A stretch of 62,991 nt of DNA, counting the filler, from Collodictyon triciliatum (Eukaryota): the NCBI GenBank assembly GCA_043381765.1. It is 14 parts of 14 records of this genome, joined end to end, with 100 filler letters (N's around TTAATTAATTAA, not from the genome) between each part and the next. Parts side by side here need not be neighbours in the genome. Positions count along the whole stretch, not along the records: positions 45,080 to 49,483 come from JBHJMP010006137.1; positions 49,584 to 53,986 come from JBHJMP010006138.1; positions 54,087 to 58,489 come from JBHJMP010006139.1; 11 more parts are not named here. One strand, 5' to 3'. A program made the translations under genes and the position numbers. Positions 45,080 to 58,051 of the stretch are shown here, piece by piece. The notes beneath the pieces were generated by a model. The model searched no databases and was not told the origin of the DNA. It saw only the letters and a program-made list of their open reading frames with translations. The stretch's first letter is position 1. Every line of letters starts with the position of its first letter.

Positions 45080-48000
45080 TCTGGAGAAATTAGTATTGTC
45101 CTGCGCTGATGATAGAGACCCAGTGCCTCACGATTTGCTCTCCAACTTATACTCTGAGCTTGGAGAAGACGACTTTACTCACAGTGTTTTGCAGAGGAGG
45201 TCGTTCGGAGAAGAGACACGTGTGGCATTATCGCTGCAACAATATGGATACTGGCAGAAATCTCAAGAACTTATCTTAAATATAATGATAAAAAATGCAC
45301 ATTCTGCAACTGCAGAAAACCGAAATCATGAGATTTCTTTATGGCAAGACAAGTGGTTGACATGTTGCCGTCACCTCAATCAATGGGATACCTTGGTGGA
45401 CTTTTCAAAATCAACCAATATACCTGAGCTGTTGCTCGAGTCATCATGGAAGCAAGGAGAATGGAGTACGATGAAAGAAGCAGTATCATTTAACAGTCCA
45501 GATACTATTCAATCTTACAAGAATATAATGTATCAGCTCTATGTTCTAGTTCAAGGAAGAAAATTACCAGAATTTAAAGAAATGTTGTCCAAATGCTTTA
45601 ATATGTTATTGATTCAATGGCAAAATCATCCATTTACTCCTTGTCATGCGCACAGCAATCTACTCCCAGTGTTTCAGCAAATGATTGAACTTCAAGAATC
45701 TTTGACTATTATACAAGAGTTTGAGAACTCGGAACGAGCTCATGTAAGCTGATTCAAATTCAGAAAAAATGCTTTAAAACAAACCCTAGATTATTTTTTT
45801 ATCTACTGGTGTATCCCATTACGTGTTAATTTTTTTCATGTTACGTTCTTTTACGTTCTTTTACATTCTTTTACATTCTTTTACATTCTTTTACATTCTT
45901 TTACATTCTTTTACATTCTTTTACATTCTTTTACATTCTTTTACATTCTTTTACATTCTCTGTCGTTTCCCTTTTACGTTCTCTGTAATTTTTCTTCCTT
46001 TTCTTTTCCTTCTTTCCTGTCAAGGATTTTTAATGTTATCAATATTTTTCTATTCTTAAAACCTGAACAAGACTTCTAATATTAAACCCCCAAGGCTTTA
46101 CGGCTCATTCGTGGCATTCTCTCTGCATGGAGAGAAAGGTTGCCCAATGCATGGGAAGACATGACCGTATGGAGCGATCTCCTGCAGTGGAGGCATCATC
46201 TATTTTCTGTTATCACATCGTCGCTACAGGCATCTGACCCGACTCCATCTTCTTCTTTCATGGGATATCACGAAACCGCATGGACTATCAACAAATATTC
46301 CAGAATAGCTAGAAAACATAGACTTGTTGATGTATCCCTCTCTGAACTTAACAGGATATACAGCTTGCCTAATATCGAGATATCGGATGCATTCGTCAAG
46401 CTAAAAGAACAAGTAAAGTGTTATTTTCAAGTGCCTGGTGCATACAAGACTGGTTTGGACACAATCAACAGCACAAACTTGGATTATTTTACAAAACTGC
46501 AAAAAGCAGAATTCTTTCGACTTAAGGCTGAATTTCAGCACTTGCTTGGTCAGAACGAGGAGGCTAACAACTCTTTTACAACATCGATGCTGACAGATGA
46601 TAATTTGTCCAGTGGATGGATTGCATGGGGTCTTTTCTGTGACCAAATTTTCCAACAAGACCTCAAGAAGCTCCATTGGGCAGAGTATGCATTAACATGT
46701 TTCCTGTCCGCGGCTCGAACAAAGTCAGACCGCGCCCGAAGATTGCTCTCTAGAGTGTTGGTACTCCTCACGTATGACGATGAGTCAGGTATGCTCTCGA
46801 AGAACTTTGAAACAAACGCAGAGAACATCGTTCCGTGGGTCTGGTTGTCTCATGTTCCATATATGTTGAATGCTGTCCAACATAGCGACAATTCAGTGTT
46901 CAAAAAGATATTGACAAAACTCTGTAGTGTGTATCACCAGGTGATTTTTATTCTATTTTATTAATCCATTTTCATTATATTTTCATTCTATTTTTATTCA
47001 TCTCAATCACTCTTAAGATATTATCGAATGAAACAACGTAATGATATTCTAATTGAAAATAAGACACACATATGGTCAAAAGGAATTCAATATATTCTTA
47101 TTTTTATTTATTCATTTCAACATTATTTAGAGCATGTTTTACCATATTCGCACCTTTCTTCTTCGACAAAGGCGGGTTGCGATGGAGCATATACCCTATC
47201 AGTTACTTTCGTCTTTGCCTCACAAATCAATGAGCCCATGGCAACTAAGTTTGCAATCAACTGCCCATCCTCTATCTGCTCCGGTAATTCAGATCAATAT
47301 TTGTTTTTTGTTTTTTTCCTTAGCTTTGTAGTTCAATTAAGCTGCAACCTTCAGCTTATCTTTTTTAAAAAAATTCTTTTTATTAATATTAATATCTTTA
47401 CTCTTCGATATAGGGAATGAACCAGTCCAGCGCGAATGCTCAATGTGCGTAATCAATATTTTCATTACGTGGTTTCGTTGTTGTTTTTTTTAAGAAAAAT
47501 TAAATGTATCTATTAGGCTTGGCGTTTGCCGAATCCCTAATGACTAACCTAAGGAAATCCAACGTTACTCTTGTTAATGAGCTCGAGCACATTGTTGAGG
47601 AAATATGTAATCGACTGCGACCAAGTCCAGAAGATGAGATGATTTCTCAATTGAATAACTTGTTAATACACTGTATTAAAGTATGATAACAAATGACTTT
47701 CTCCTTTGTTATTTTGCAAATTGATATAAAGATAAAATAAAAACACAGCTTATTTTGATTAGAGTTATATTTATTTTATCTTTTACATCATAATTTATCA
47801 TGAAAAGTAAACTATTATTCCCTATAAGACCCCCTTTAAGACGATTGTGGACAAGCAACCCTTGACTGGCTCACTACCAGAACACTTGGACCATATCTGG
47901 TCTTTATTCTTTCAATTCGATGATGGGCACCCGAGAAGTGAAGTGGTATGATATTATAATTTGTTAATTCGATCGATTTTGTTTTTGCTATTTTTAAATT

Positions 48001-49286
48001 ACCTTCGAATTGTGAGGGATGTAGATATAGGTGGTTATCTACTCTCAATGTAAGCTTCATATTTTCACTTCAATTTTCACCTGCTTTTTCTTTTAGTTCC
48101 TTAGCTTTGCGGAAGAGTACAAACTTATGTTTGAAAGGGATTTCAAACATTCGAATATGACTGTCTCAACTTTGATTACAAATATTATGAAGTGGATTCA
48201 GGCTCTGGGTGAAAAAGTGAGTTGACCTTTTCTATATACGGGAGAAGGAAAAGAAAAAGTAGCATTCTCCCTGGTCGAAGTTTATCAAAGTTACAGGGTC
48301 TGATACAATCTACTTATTCAACGAAGTAACTTACGATTACTTCTATAAGATTTCGATGGCAAAATCCCGACAGTACTTGGACAGAACAAGTCGCCTTCAT
48401 TCTGAGAATATCGGAAAATCATTTGATATCCCTGGTCATTTTGCCGATGTAATTATCTCGAAATTCAACATAACACATTTTCATGATTTCCTTGTCTTAA
48501 GACTTTATGTAAATATTCATACAGGAAAGGGAGCCGAATTCTGAATCTCATGTGCGACTGGAGAAATTTGATATTGAATCACCCATGGTCAAGATAGCAG
48601 GGGAGTACAAGAGAAGGTTGATATGCATCACTCAAATTTTTGTGATTTTTTGAATTTTTTTTATTTCACATTAACCATTCATATTTACTTAAGATACGGC
48701 TTAGTGACTACCTGTGGCTGGTTTTATATTATTATCTACCGTATTGTAATGCTTGTTTGTTTTCTTGGGGTTTGGTTTGATAGATTGGCCATGCTTGGGG
48801 TAAATGGGAAAAAGTACTACTTCACTGTGGAGTCTTCATTCATTCCATTTGCACCTAACGAGCTGCGTATCTATCAAGTATTCCAATCGATGAATCGCTT
48901 TATTCGCAAGAACATCGGTTGCCGAAAACGTGGCATGTCGATGGCCATCCCAACCATCATTCCACTCAGTCCGCATGTCCGTCTAGTCGAAGATGACCCT
49001 AGGTAAATCCTTCATTCCAAACATTCACTGATTCAAGAGTAATCATTTTTAAAAGTATACACTATATCCATTTAGGGGATTTTTTTCTTGCAAAATGATA
49101 ATAATAATGTATTGATATACTTCCCTCCCACGTGATTGACCTTTCATTCATTTCTCTTCTATTACCTTCATCAGTCACGTAAATATGTATGATGTGTACG
49201 CCAACCACTTGGCTCAGTTTGGTGAAGACCCAGAACTTGTCATGTTGTTTGCAAAAGATCGAGCGATATCCGTACCAAATTATAGA
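45080..49286 (+). CDS. TRRAP: TRRAP/Tra1 PIKK-family protein, internal FAT to kinase-like region (both ends truncated)
   Basis: LYSELGEDD, LWQDKW..C..LNQWD, WRERLPNAWEDMTVWSDLLQWR, GYHETAWTIN..IARKH, RIYSLPNIEISDAFVKLKEQVKCY, LDTINSTNLDYF, RLAMLGVNGK, PLSPHVRLVEDD. Confidence 0.93.
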
Positions 49287-49362
49287 GTAAACATCTTATC
49301 TATCAGAACACACGCAATTATCAAAATTAATTACATGTGTACCATAGAACAGCTGCCAAGTG

Positions 49363-49478
<116 letters not shown>

Positions 49479-49729
49479 TTTTTNNNNNNNNNNNNNNNNN
49501 NNNNNNNNNNNNNNNNNNNNNNNNNNNTTAATTAATTAANNNNNNNNNNNNNNNNNNNNNNNNNNNNNNNNNNNNNNNNNNNNTAAAAACAGAAAATAAA
49601 AACAGAAAATAAAAACAGAAAATAAAAACAGAAAATAAAAACAGAAAATAAAAACAGAAAATAAAAACAGAAAATAAAAACAAAAAATAAAACAAAAAAT
49701 AAAACAGAAATAAATAGCCAATTGATGTA

Positions 49730-52700
49730 AACTTGATATTTTGCTGAACTTCTCATCAGTTTTCACACTTTCACGGAAGATATATTTCACATCAGCAACG
49801 ATAATCAAGGCTCCAGAAATAGTTTGGTTTGAGGTAAATTGGTTTGCTTGAAGTTTTTGAACCAATTTCTCGTCAAGGGTAGATTTTAAAGCCTTTTGAT
49901 TTCTTTCATTCTCATCAATCAGTGTCCCAACAGCCTAGGTATTTGGGGCATGATACCATTTTCAGACTTTTCAAAATAAATGTGAATCGAAAATACCTCT
50001 GTCAGCCGGGCTTGGTCAAGGAATTCCTTCCGACACGTATAATCTCTTGATACAGCGTATAAATAAAATAGAAAGGACGGAAACACGGTAAAAGAGATGA
50101 TGAAGTACGATATCCCATAGCTCTCATATCTATAAATAAAGCAGAAAGTGAGGATATATTAAAGAGTAGTTACCAAAGATTGGTACATACTACTCACATT
50201 TGATTATGATACATAAATATCGTGAGCAAAGATATTCCCATCCATAGAGCCAGTTGGCGTGCAAAATGAACTGTAGTAACAGTTATGGATACTAGAAAGA
50301 ATATTGCCACTTTGTATATCTCAGAATAGATTATCGTAAAACTATACCAATTCAGAATACAACCGTAAACGGAATGATTGAATATTAGTATTATTCTACC
50401 GAGGGAAAAAATTCCATAGATGGAGCCCATGATTATCGGTATATTCCATTCATCCAGCATTCGACCCATTATTTGTTTATAATCCAACAGGTAATACGTG
50501 GTCGAGAGCAAAAAAAGGATTGGAAGAATAACAAAAAATCGAAGTGCCATGATAATGGTCTTATTATCGCTAAATGTTTGACAATTCATTAAAATTTGGT
50601 AATCCACGAGCCCATATAACAAGTTGCAAATAGTAAAGACAAAATTTTGGAGCCTGTAAAATATTATTTTGCATTAGCTCAGATGAGATTACTATAAAAA
50701 ATTTTCTATGAGAATAATCTAATGCACAAAATTGAAAGGAAGAATAAAAAAAATGAGAATAATCTAATTACGAAATTATTCTTTTGTTCCGATAGGTTTT
50801 GATGCTATCTATAAAATCAAGTTCTTGTTTCTTGTCTAGAAAACGTAAATCCCCAAAATATCTCGCGTAAGCTCTCTGACCAAGGCTATAATGAAAATAA
50901 TCTTGCCATTTTTCAAGTCCCTTGTGCATCAAAATGAAAATAAGTATGTCATAAAAGAGAAAATAATTGAACAAAACAATTGCAAATTTTAATTATTTCA
51001 CCTCTTCATCGCACAGCCCAAATATATTCTCTTTTGAACCCCTGACTTGATTATTTAGCTTTTCTTGATGACTGTGTTTCGAACTTTTTTCGACATATTT
51101 GGAATAAATTTGGCGGAGAAAAAACATCTCCTGAAAATGGTTTCGAAGGGGCAGTTTTTCAAATAAAGCAATCCCATCCTGGTTAAGAGATTTACTAGTT
51201 TTTAAATGCACTTCAAAATCTCTGCAGATGCTTGTTTAAATATATGTTAAAATCCAAATGTGTAACCTTAATTGCTATTTTATCGGCCCAAAGGTTTCTA
51301 GTCTTTTTATCTAGAACTATTGTTCCCTCATCAGCCACAGCTAAACAATCCATGGCAGATGTCAATCCTGAGCATTAGATACTTTTGATGAATACTAAAT
51401 CAAAATATCGCCTTTAAGTTTTTCTTACCTTGACCAATTATATCAAAGTTGAATTTGGAACATTCTATCATCCCTCCCTCCACAAATCCAGTCCCTATAC
51501 CGATTTTTATATAGATCTATCGTTTGAGATGTTTTTAGTAAGAAAATTGTCGCATTTTTGAATTGTAGATTTCAGTGTCCAATTTTTAACAGATGTTTTA
51601 TGCGATATGAACCAGACGTGCTTAGGCCTCATTTCACAAAAATCTTTTAACATGTCGCATGCAGATTTTAGAATGTCTTTATTATCTTCCCCGAATAGGC
51701 CAGAGACAAACTTTAAGTGTAATTTTACTTATTGAATACAATTGGTGTATATAATATTTTTTAATTCTCTACAACGCCTGTGGGCAGTTCGCATCATATA
51801 AAGTCTTTATATGACTCACCGTAACACATAAACCTATGTTTTTAAAAACAATCAGTCAATGCTATCTAACGAATCCCAATCGAAAAATACAATTGAAATG
51901 AAACTGCATCACCTGCTGATTTCACTCTATGGATAAGACTCCTATAATTAAAAGTTTTTTGTTATAAATAAATATGGAAATACTCTGCAACGTTTTATAT
52001 CCCTCTAATTATCGGTCACCTTTCAGAAATGCATATTATCAACCTAAAATAGTGCCATCAAAAACCAATTAATCAATTATCACCGAAAACATAGAGAAAG
52101 TGACAAAACTTGAAAATTTAAACAAAGGAGGTCGAACCCGTAAGCCATCTCAATTTCGGCGACAATGTCGCCAAAGGCTTGGGTATTCTGCATACGCAAA
52201 TTAAATTCTACACACATCACATTCACTTCTGGCATCAGAAATGACATGTGGACTCCCACACCACGATCGACTACAATATTCATAACTGGTCTGCATTATT
52301 TAATCAGTTAATTTTTGTTGCTAGTGTGTCAATAGTGCTAATACTCGCGCCTGTAAAGGGAAAAGCGATGCAATTAGGAGAGTATTTTCTAGAAACTTAC
52401 CTAGGGTATATATTTGACAGCAAAAAATTAGTTCGCTTCTTAATCCTTGTTACTCGCTTCTTTATCGATTGAAGTTTTTTTCTAAAGTAAAATGAGCTAT
52501 AGAGGAATTGGTAAATCTAAATAGTAGTAAATTTGAAAGCAATAATACGATGTACATTTTGATCAAATAATGCACTTTTTTCTTTGGACTTCCACCAGCC
52601 TGAGGATTGTGATGCTAAGAATGGATGAAAGAAGTAGCGGGGTCATACACCGAAACAGAATCACGCTGCTCAGTGAAGTAACATAAGAAATCACTGAAAA

Positions 52701-53745
52701 TAAAAATATGTTGGCGAATGCCGTGATTAACAACTGTGTCGTATATTCACCCCGAAGCACAACAGTGAAAGCCTATGAAAATAAAATTTTTATCATTCAA
52801 ACTTTTTCAAGGAGTAAAAGACTTTTGTTGAGGAATTTGAGCACGTGCTTACCAATATGATTATATCGATTTCAGTAAGTATTCTTTGGGGCTCAATTAA
52901 TGATGGGATTGTTATTGCGATGCAAAGCGCAAAGTAATAAAGACTGACAGTTCGATAATAAGCCCTAAAATTAAATAAATTCAGAGACTATAACAATAAA
53001 CCCTCTTGATATTATACTGACCTCACGAATGACTCAAAATTACCCCCTTTGAGCTTTTGTTTGATATAATAGCAACATAAGCATACAGAAGCGCAGCAAA
53101 TCGACGTCAAACCATAGCTCAACATCCATACCAAAGAGTACCCTAAACTAAATTAAAAATATTCGACTATAAATTAGATTATTGCTTTTGTTTGAGGCAT
53201 TTCCTATAACCTTGTGAGAAGTCAGTGTTGCATTGAAGCTGACTTAGCGACTTACGATGAATATACTTGAAAGATTGAATACAATGTCCCCAGGAAACTA
53301 AATCTCGTCAAAAATGGCAATCCATAAAGCATTGACTCCATTTTATATTCTCTTTCAAGATTCGTATCTTTAAACCTAATATTGCCATATTTCACTATTG
53401 TCATGAAGATTAAACTTATTCTCAGCCGCATTTTTCTAGAGTATATTACCTAAGTTTCATATGGTCAATGTCGCCAGAGGGTATGGTGCTGTCTTCCTCG
53501 ATATTTTCAATGATTTCACGGAGCAAATATGATTTTATGAAAGGGGCACCAACCCATTCTTCAAATAAACGCCCCAAATTGGCCATTTGAGGTTCCTTTA
53601 TTTGTTCTGAGGCTTGAATAGTATGATTTACTTCTCTAACTTTCATGTGCAAGTATTGACCTTTGCGCTCTACCGTGGCATACCTGGTCGATTGCTGAGA
53701 AGTTGCGCTCCCTGCAAAATTGTCAGTGTTCCAATTCTCTTCCAT
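49730..53745 (-). CDS. Membrane class III nucleotide cyclase-like protein (TM block - cyclase - TM block - cyclase start), divergent, 3' truncated
   Basis: Reconstructed exons: TM block; NFLLSNIYPR|PVM; EVNVMCVEF; HRVKSAGDA; FVSGL..SACDML; IYIKIGIGTGFVEGGMIECSKFNFDIIGQG|LTSAMDCL..GTIVLDKKT; second TM block; KALKSTLDEKLVQKL..ALIIVADV. Confidence 0.68.
50708..50768 (+). mobile_element. 29-nt 3' tip of the 19687-21097 LINE family (family B) with perfect 16-bp TSD, intronic
   Basis: ATGAGAATAATCTAAT [GCACAAAATTGAAAGGAAGAATAAAAAAA] ATGAGAATAATCTAAT; insert differs from the LINE terminus by one base. Confidence 0.9.
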
Positions 53746-54129
53746 CGCTATATATATAAAAGGAAGAGAATTACAAACAAGCAGGCGAGTGATTCTCACC
53801 GTGTAAGAGTTAAAAAAAAATTAAACGGTTCGACAACTAAGAAAAGTCACTCAAAACTAACTAATCAATAAAATTCAATATAGGGAAAAAGATAAAAAAG
53901 ATAAAAAAGATAAAAAAGATAAAAAAGATAAAAAAGATAAAAAAGATAAAAAAGATAAAAAAGATAAAAAAGATAAAAAAGATAAANNNNNNNNNNNNNN
54001 NNNNNNNNNNNNNNNNNNNNNNNNNNNNNNTTAATTAATTAANNNNNNNNNNNNNNNNNNNNNNNNNNNNNNNNNNNNNNNNNNNNAATTATGAATCATG
54101 ATTTATCTATTAATTATTGTTTTTTTCAG

Positions 54130-57100
54130 TCTTTGGATAAAGTGGGAGACCTGCTGGTTGGATTTTTCTTGGAGTCTTTTGAGAATTCGTTCTTGTTGTC
54201 TGTTCTGAATGTGCGTCTTGGAAAGCATCAGACAGAAGGTATGCAATTTATTATATTTTTGATGAATTTTTGTCATGAATATGAGTTATATATGGATACG
54301 TTCAATAATTTATCAATTTACAGATGCGAAGACTGCTGATTACTTGAATCTTGGTCGTGTCTACAAGAACCTCCAAAAGTAAAAAAATAAAAAAACGTTA
54401 ATGATTGTTAAATAGGACATGACATGATGTTTATAATGCCAACTTTCTAAAATAAAAATTAAAAAGCTGGGCTGAGTCCATGGTCTACTACAAGAAATGT
54501 CTCAATTCAGTCGAGAAAAATGAAGATGATTCCCTGCGTATTGCTACCATTCATGAAGAAATGGGAATCATCTATCAGCAACAGGATAAGTAAGGATGGC
54601 TTTCAACTGTAAAATAAATTATGAATAATGTTTAAAAAAGGAATTATTCTTATTTGCTTATTAAATAGGATCGATGAAGCTCTTGATGAATACAAGAAAT
54701 CACTGGACTTTAGAGTCAAACAACTGGGTGAGAATGACTTGCAAGTGGCCCAATCACATGACCGCTTCGGAGACATCTACGTGAAGCAGTCAAAGTAATA
54801 ATTGATCATTTATAGACGTTAACATTCTAACCTTTTTTTTATTTTTGTAAATATATTTGCTGATCAATTTTTTATGATAGGAATGAGCAAGCTCTAGATG
54901 AATACACAAAGGCCATGGAAATCCGCCAAAAGAAAGTCGGAAACGAGCATCCTCTTGTCGCAACATCGTACCAGAACTATGGCCATGTCTCTCTTGCTGG
55001 GAAAAAGTAGCACATATTCATTCGATTAAAGACAGTTTTTAATCTACTTATAATTTGAAAATATTAATATAATTGAATCATCAAGGTATGAAGAGTCTAT
55101 TGAAAACTACGAGAAGGCGAAATCAATCCTTGAAAAATCGCTGGGAGCTAAGCATGCATCTGTTGCCTCGACAATCCAGTTTATTGCAAACGTTCATCTT
55201 GCCAGTGGAAAGTTTGGATTTCTAAACTACAGATATTTTCATAAAACAATTATTATTCAATTTTTGCAAAATATATTTGGCTTCATATATTTCATTGTAT
55301 GGACTCTATTTGGGGTTAAAATTATGCATCATATAATCCTAACAAAATAAATATCAAAACTATCGTCTTATATAGGAAAACTGAGGCCTTATCCTCACTT
55401 AAGCAATCGCTGGATATTTTCATGTCTGCCCTGGGTGAAAATCATCCCAATGTTGTGGCCTGCTATGAAATGATTGGAGACATCAGCCATGATTTGAAGG
55501 AGTATCTCTTTTTATTAATTATTATTACATATTTAATTGAAAACAATAATTTATTTACTCTTATTATCTTAGCTTTAAGGGTGCTCTGGAGGCGTATACA
55601 AAGACGCAGGATATTCGCGTGAGAACACTGGGCGAAAGACATGCTGATTATACAACTGCTCTGGAGAATGTTGGCCGAACAAACTTTGAGCTTCAAAGGT
55701 AGATTTTTCTATTTGTTAAAAATTCGAATATTTTGATTAAAAGCAGTAAAAAAAACAATAAATATTGAATAATCAATAATATGCATGCATTTAGATTGGA
55801 CCAAGTAGTTGAATACTTCCAGAAGGCAGATGCGTTCAGAAAGGAGACCAAGACCATCATGTCAATGAAAGACACCCATCAGATTGACAACATTATCCGC
55901 CTCATGAAAGACAAGAAACAGCATGAATTAGTCATTCAGCTGTACAAAACAGCTGCTGTTAGACATGGTGAAAAGTCATCCTATGAAAATTGGGACTGCT
56001 GGGTGGCTTGTGAAAATGCGCACCAATACTGCAAAGAGAACAAGCTGTATGAAAGTGGCGTGGCATTCTGGGCTGAGATGAGAGACAGATTCGCAGACAA
56101 ATTCGGATGGATTCACCCCAGAACATTAAATTCTTGCGAATACTTGTCCGTTCATTCAAAAGAAATCGAAATCAACAAAGAGCCTGTTGAGTTTGCAAGA
56201 GTCAAGGAATTCATCAGTGAAACTCTTGATGATGCAAAACTGGATGAGGAATGGAATCGTGAGCAAATCATTGCGTCATTATTCAGAATTGTCTACATGT
56301 CAAAGACTGATGAGAGCAAATCAAAGGCTGCATCTGATGCAATCACACTTTTGAATTTCATGAATGTTTCGTTCGGTGGGATGGATTTATCAAACATCAA
56401 AATTCCAAATGCAAATCTCAGTAATTCAATTCTTGATGGTGCAAACTTTGCTGGTGCAAACTTTGCTGGTGCCAACTTGGATGGTGTTGATTTCACAAAT
56501 TCGATGCTTGGTGATTGTGTTTTTGATAATGCGCATATGAATAATGTGAAATTCGGAATTCCTCATGATAAATTAGAAGGCCATACAAATAATGTCAATA
56601 GTGTTTGCAGCATTCAAGGACCGAATGGTGAAAAGTGGCTGGCTTCTGGAAGTAGCGATAAAACAATACGTATTTGGGATGTAGCCACAGGAAACCAAAT
56701 CAAAACATTAGAAGGACATACAGAAGCTGTCAATAGTGTTTGCAGTATTCAAGGACCGAATGGTGGACATTGGCTGGCTTCTGGAAGTAGAGATAAAACA
56801 ATACGTATTTGGGATGTAGCCACAGGAAACCAAATCAAAACATTAGAAGGTCATACAGAATGGGTCTGGTGTGTTTGCAGTATTCAAGGGCCGAATGGTG
56901 AAAATTGGCTGGCTTCTGGAAGTAGGGATAAAACAATATGTATTTGGGATGTAGCCACTGGAAATCAAATCAAAACATTAGAAGGTCATGCATATTTTGT
57001 ATTGAGTGTTTGCAGCATTCAAGGACTGAATGGAGAACAATGGCTGGCTTCTGGAAGTCAAGATAGAACAATACGTGTTTGGGATGTAGTGACAGGAAAC

Positions 57101-58051
57101 CAAATCAATACATTAGAAGGGCATACAGGCTTTGTCATGAGTGTTTACAGTATTCAAGGACCGAATGGTGAAAGTTGGTTGGCTTCTGGAAGTGAAGATA
57201 AAACTATACGTATTTGGGATGTAGCCTCAGGAAACCAAATCAAAAAATTAGAAGGACATACAGGAGCTGTCTGGAGTGTTTGCAGCATTCAAGGACCGAA
57301 TGGCGAAAAGTGGCTGGCTTCTGGAAGTGATGATAAGACAATACGTATTTGGGATATAGTGACAGGAAACCAAATCAAGACATTGGAAGGACATACAGAA
57401 TCTGTCATGAGTGTTTGCAGCATTAAAGGACTGAATGGTGAAAATTGGCTGGCTTCTGGAAGTGATGATAAGACAATACGTATTTGGGATGTATCCTCAG
57501 GAAATCAAATCAAAATATTGGAAGGTCATACAAATGATGTCAATAGTGTTTGCAGCATTCAAGGACCGAATGGCGAAAACTGGTTGGCTTCTGGGAGTGA
57601 TGATAAAACTATACGTATTTGGGATGTAACCACAGGAAACCAAACACACAGCCTGCAAAAGTCAGAAGTGACCTACACCCAAGGAAAATACCTCGTCAAG
57701 AAAGAAAAGCCAGACGAAGTCATCGCAGTATTCAACAGAACAAGCGATGCGATGAACATGATTGACACCAACAGAATACAAGATGCAAGGACAGTCCAGA
57801 TTATCGGCCCAAGAAAGCTGCAAGGTGGAAACATCCAAATCAAAAATGTCACGGGATTAAGTCGATTCAACAAATCCCTTCAACTTTCTATCGGTGCTGT
57901 TTCCTATGATGCGGACTTTGCTGCCTATTGTGAGCAGGGTAAGTTCACCAAGTTCCAGGCTCGGATGATGGCTGAGTGCTATGAGAATGGATGGGGTGTG
58001 GAGAAGGACACTGAGAAGGCGGCTGATTGGAGACAAAAAGCCACAGCTTAA
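54130..58051 (+). CDS. TPR (kinesin-light-chain type) - pentapeptide - 8x WD40 - Sel1-like protein (5' truncated)
   Basis: 42-aa TPR exons (..LGENHPNVVACY..IG..), then one 55795-58051 exon with AASDAITLL..DLSNIKIPNANLS..ANFAGANLD, eight 45-aa GH..WD repeats and CYENGWGVEKDTEKAADW. Confidence 0.92.
56573..57652 (+). repeat. Eight 135-bp coding tandem repeats (high-identity WD40)
   Basis: Units start at 56573, 56708, 56843 ... 57518 with exact 135-nt spacing. Confidence 0.95.

Noticed and set aside
55502-55572. GTATCT donors (also near 3430) as U12-type introns
   Set aside because: They do not match GTATCCTT and no CCTTAAC branch site is seen near the acceptor.
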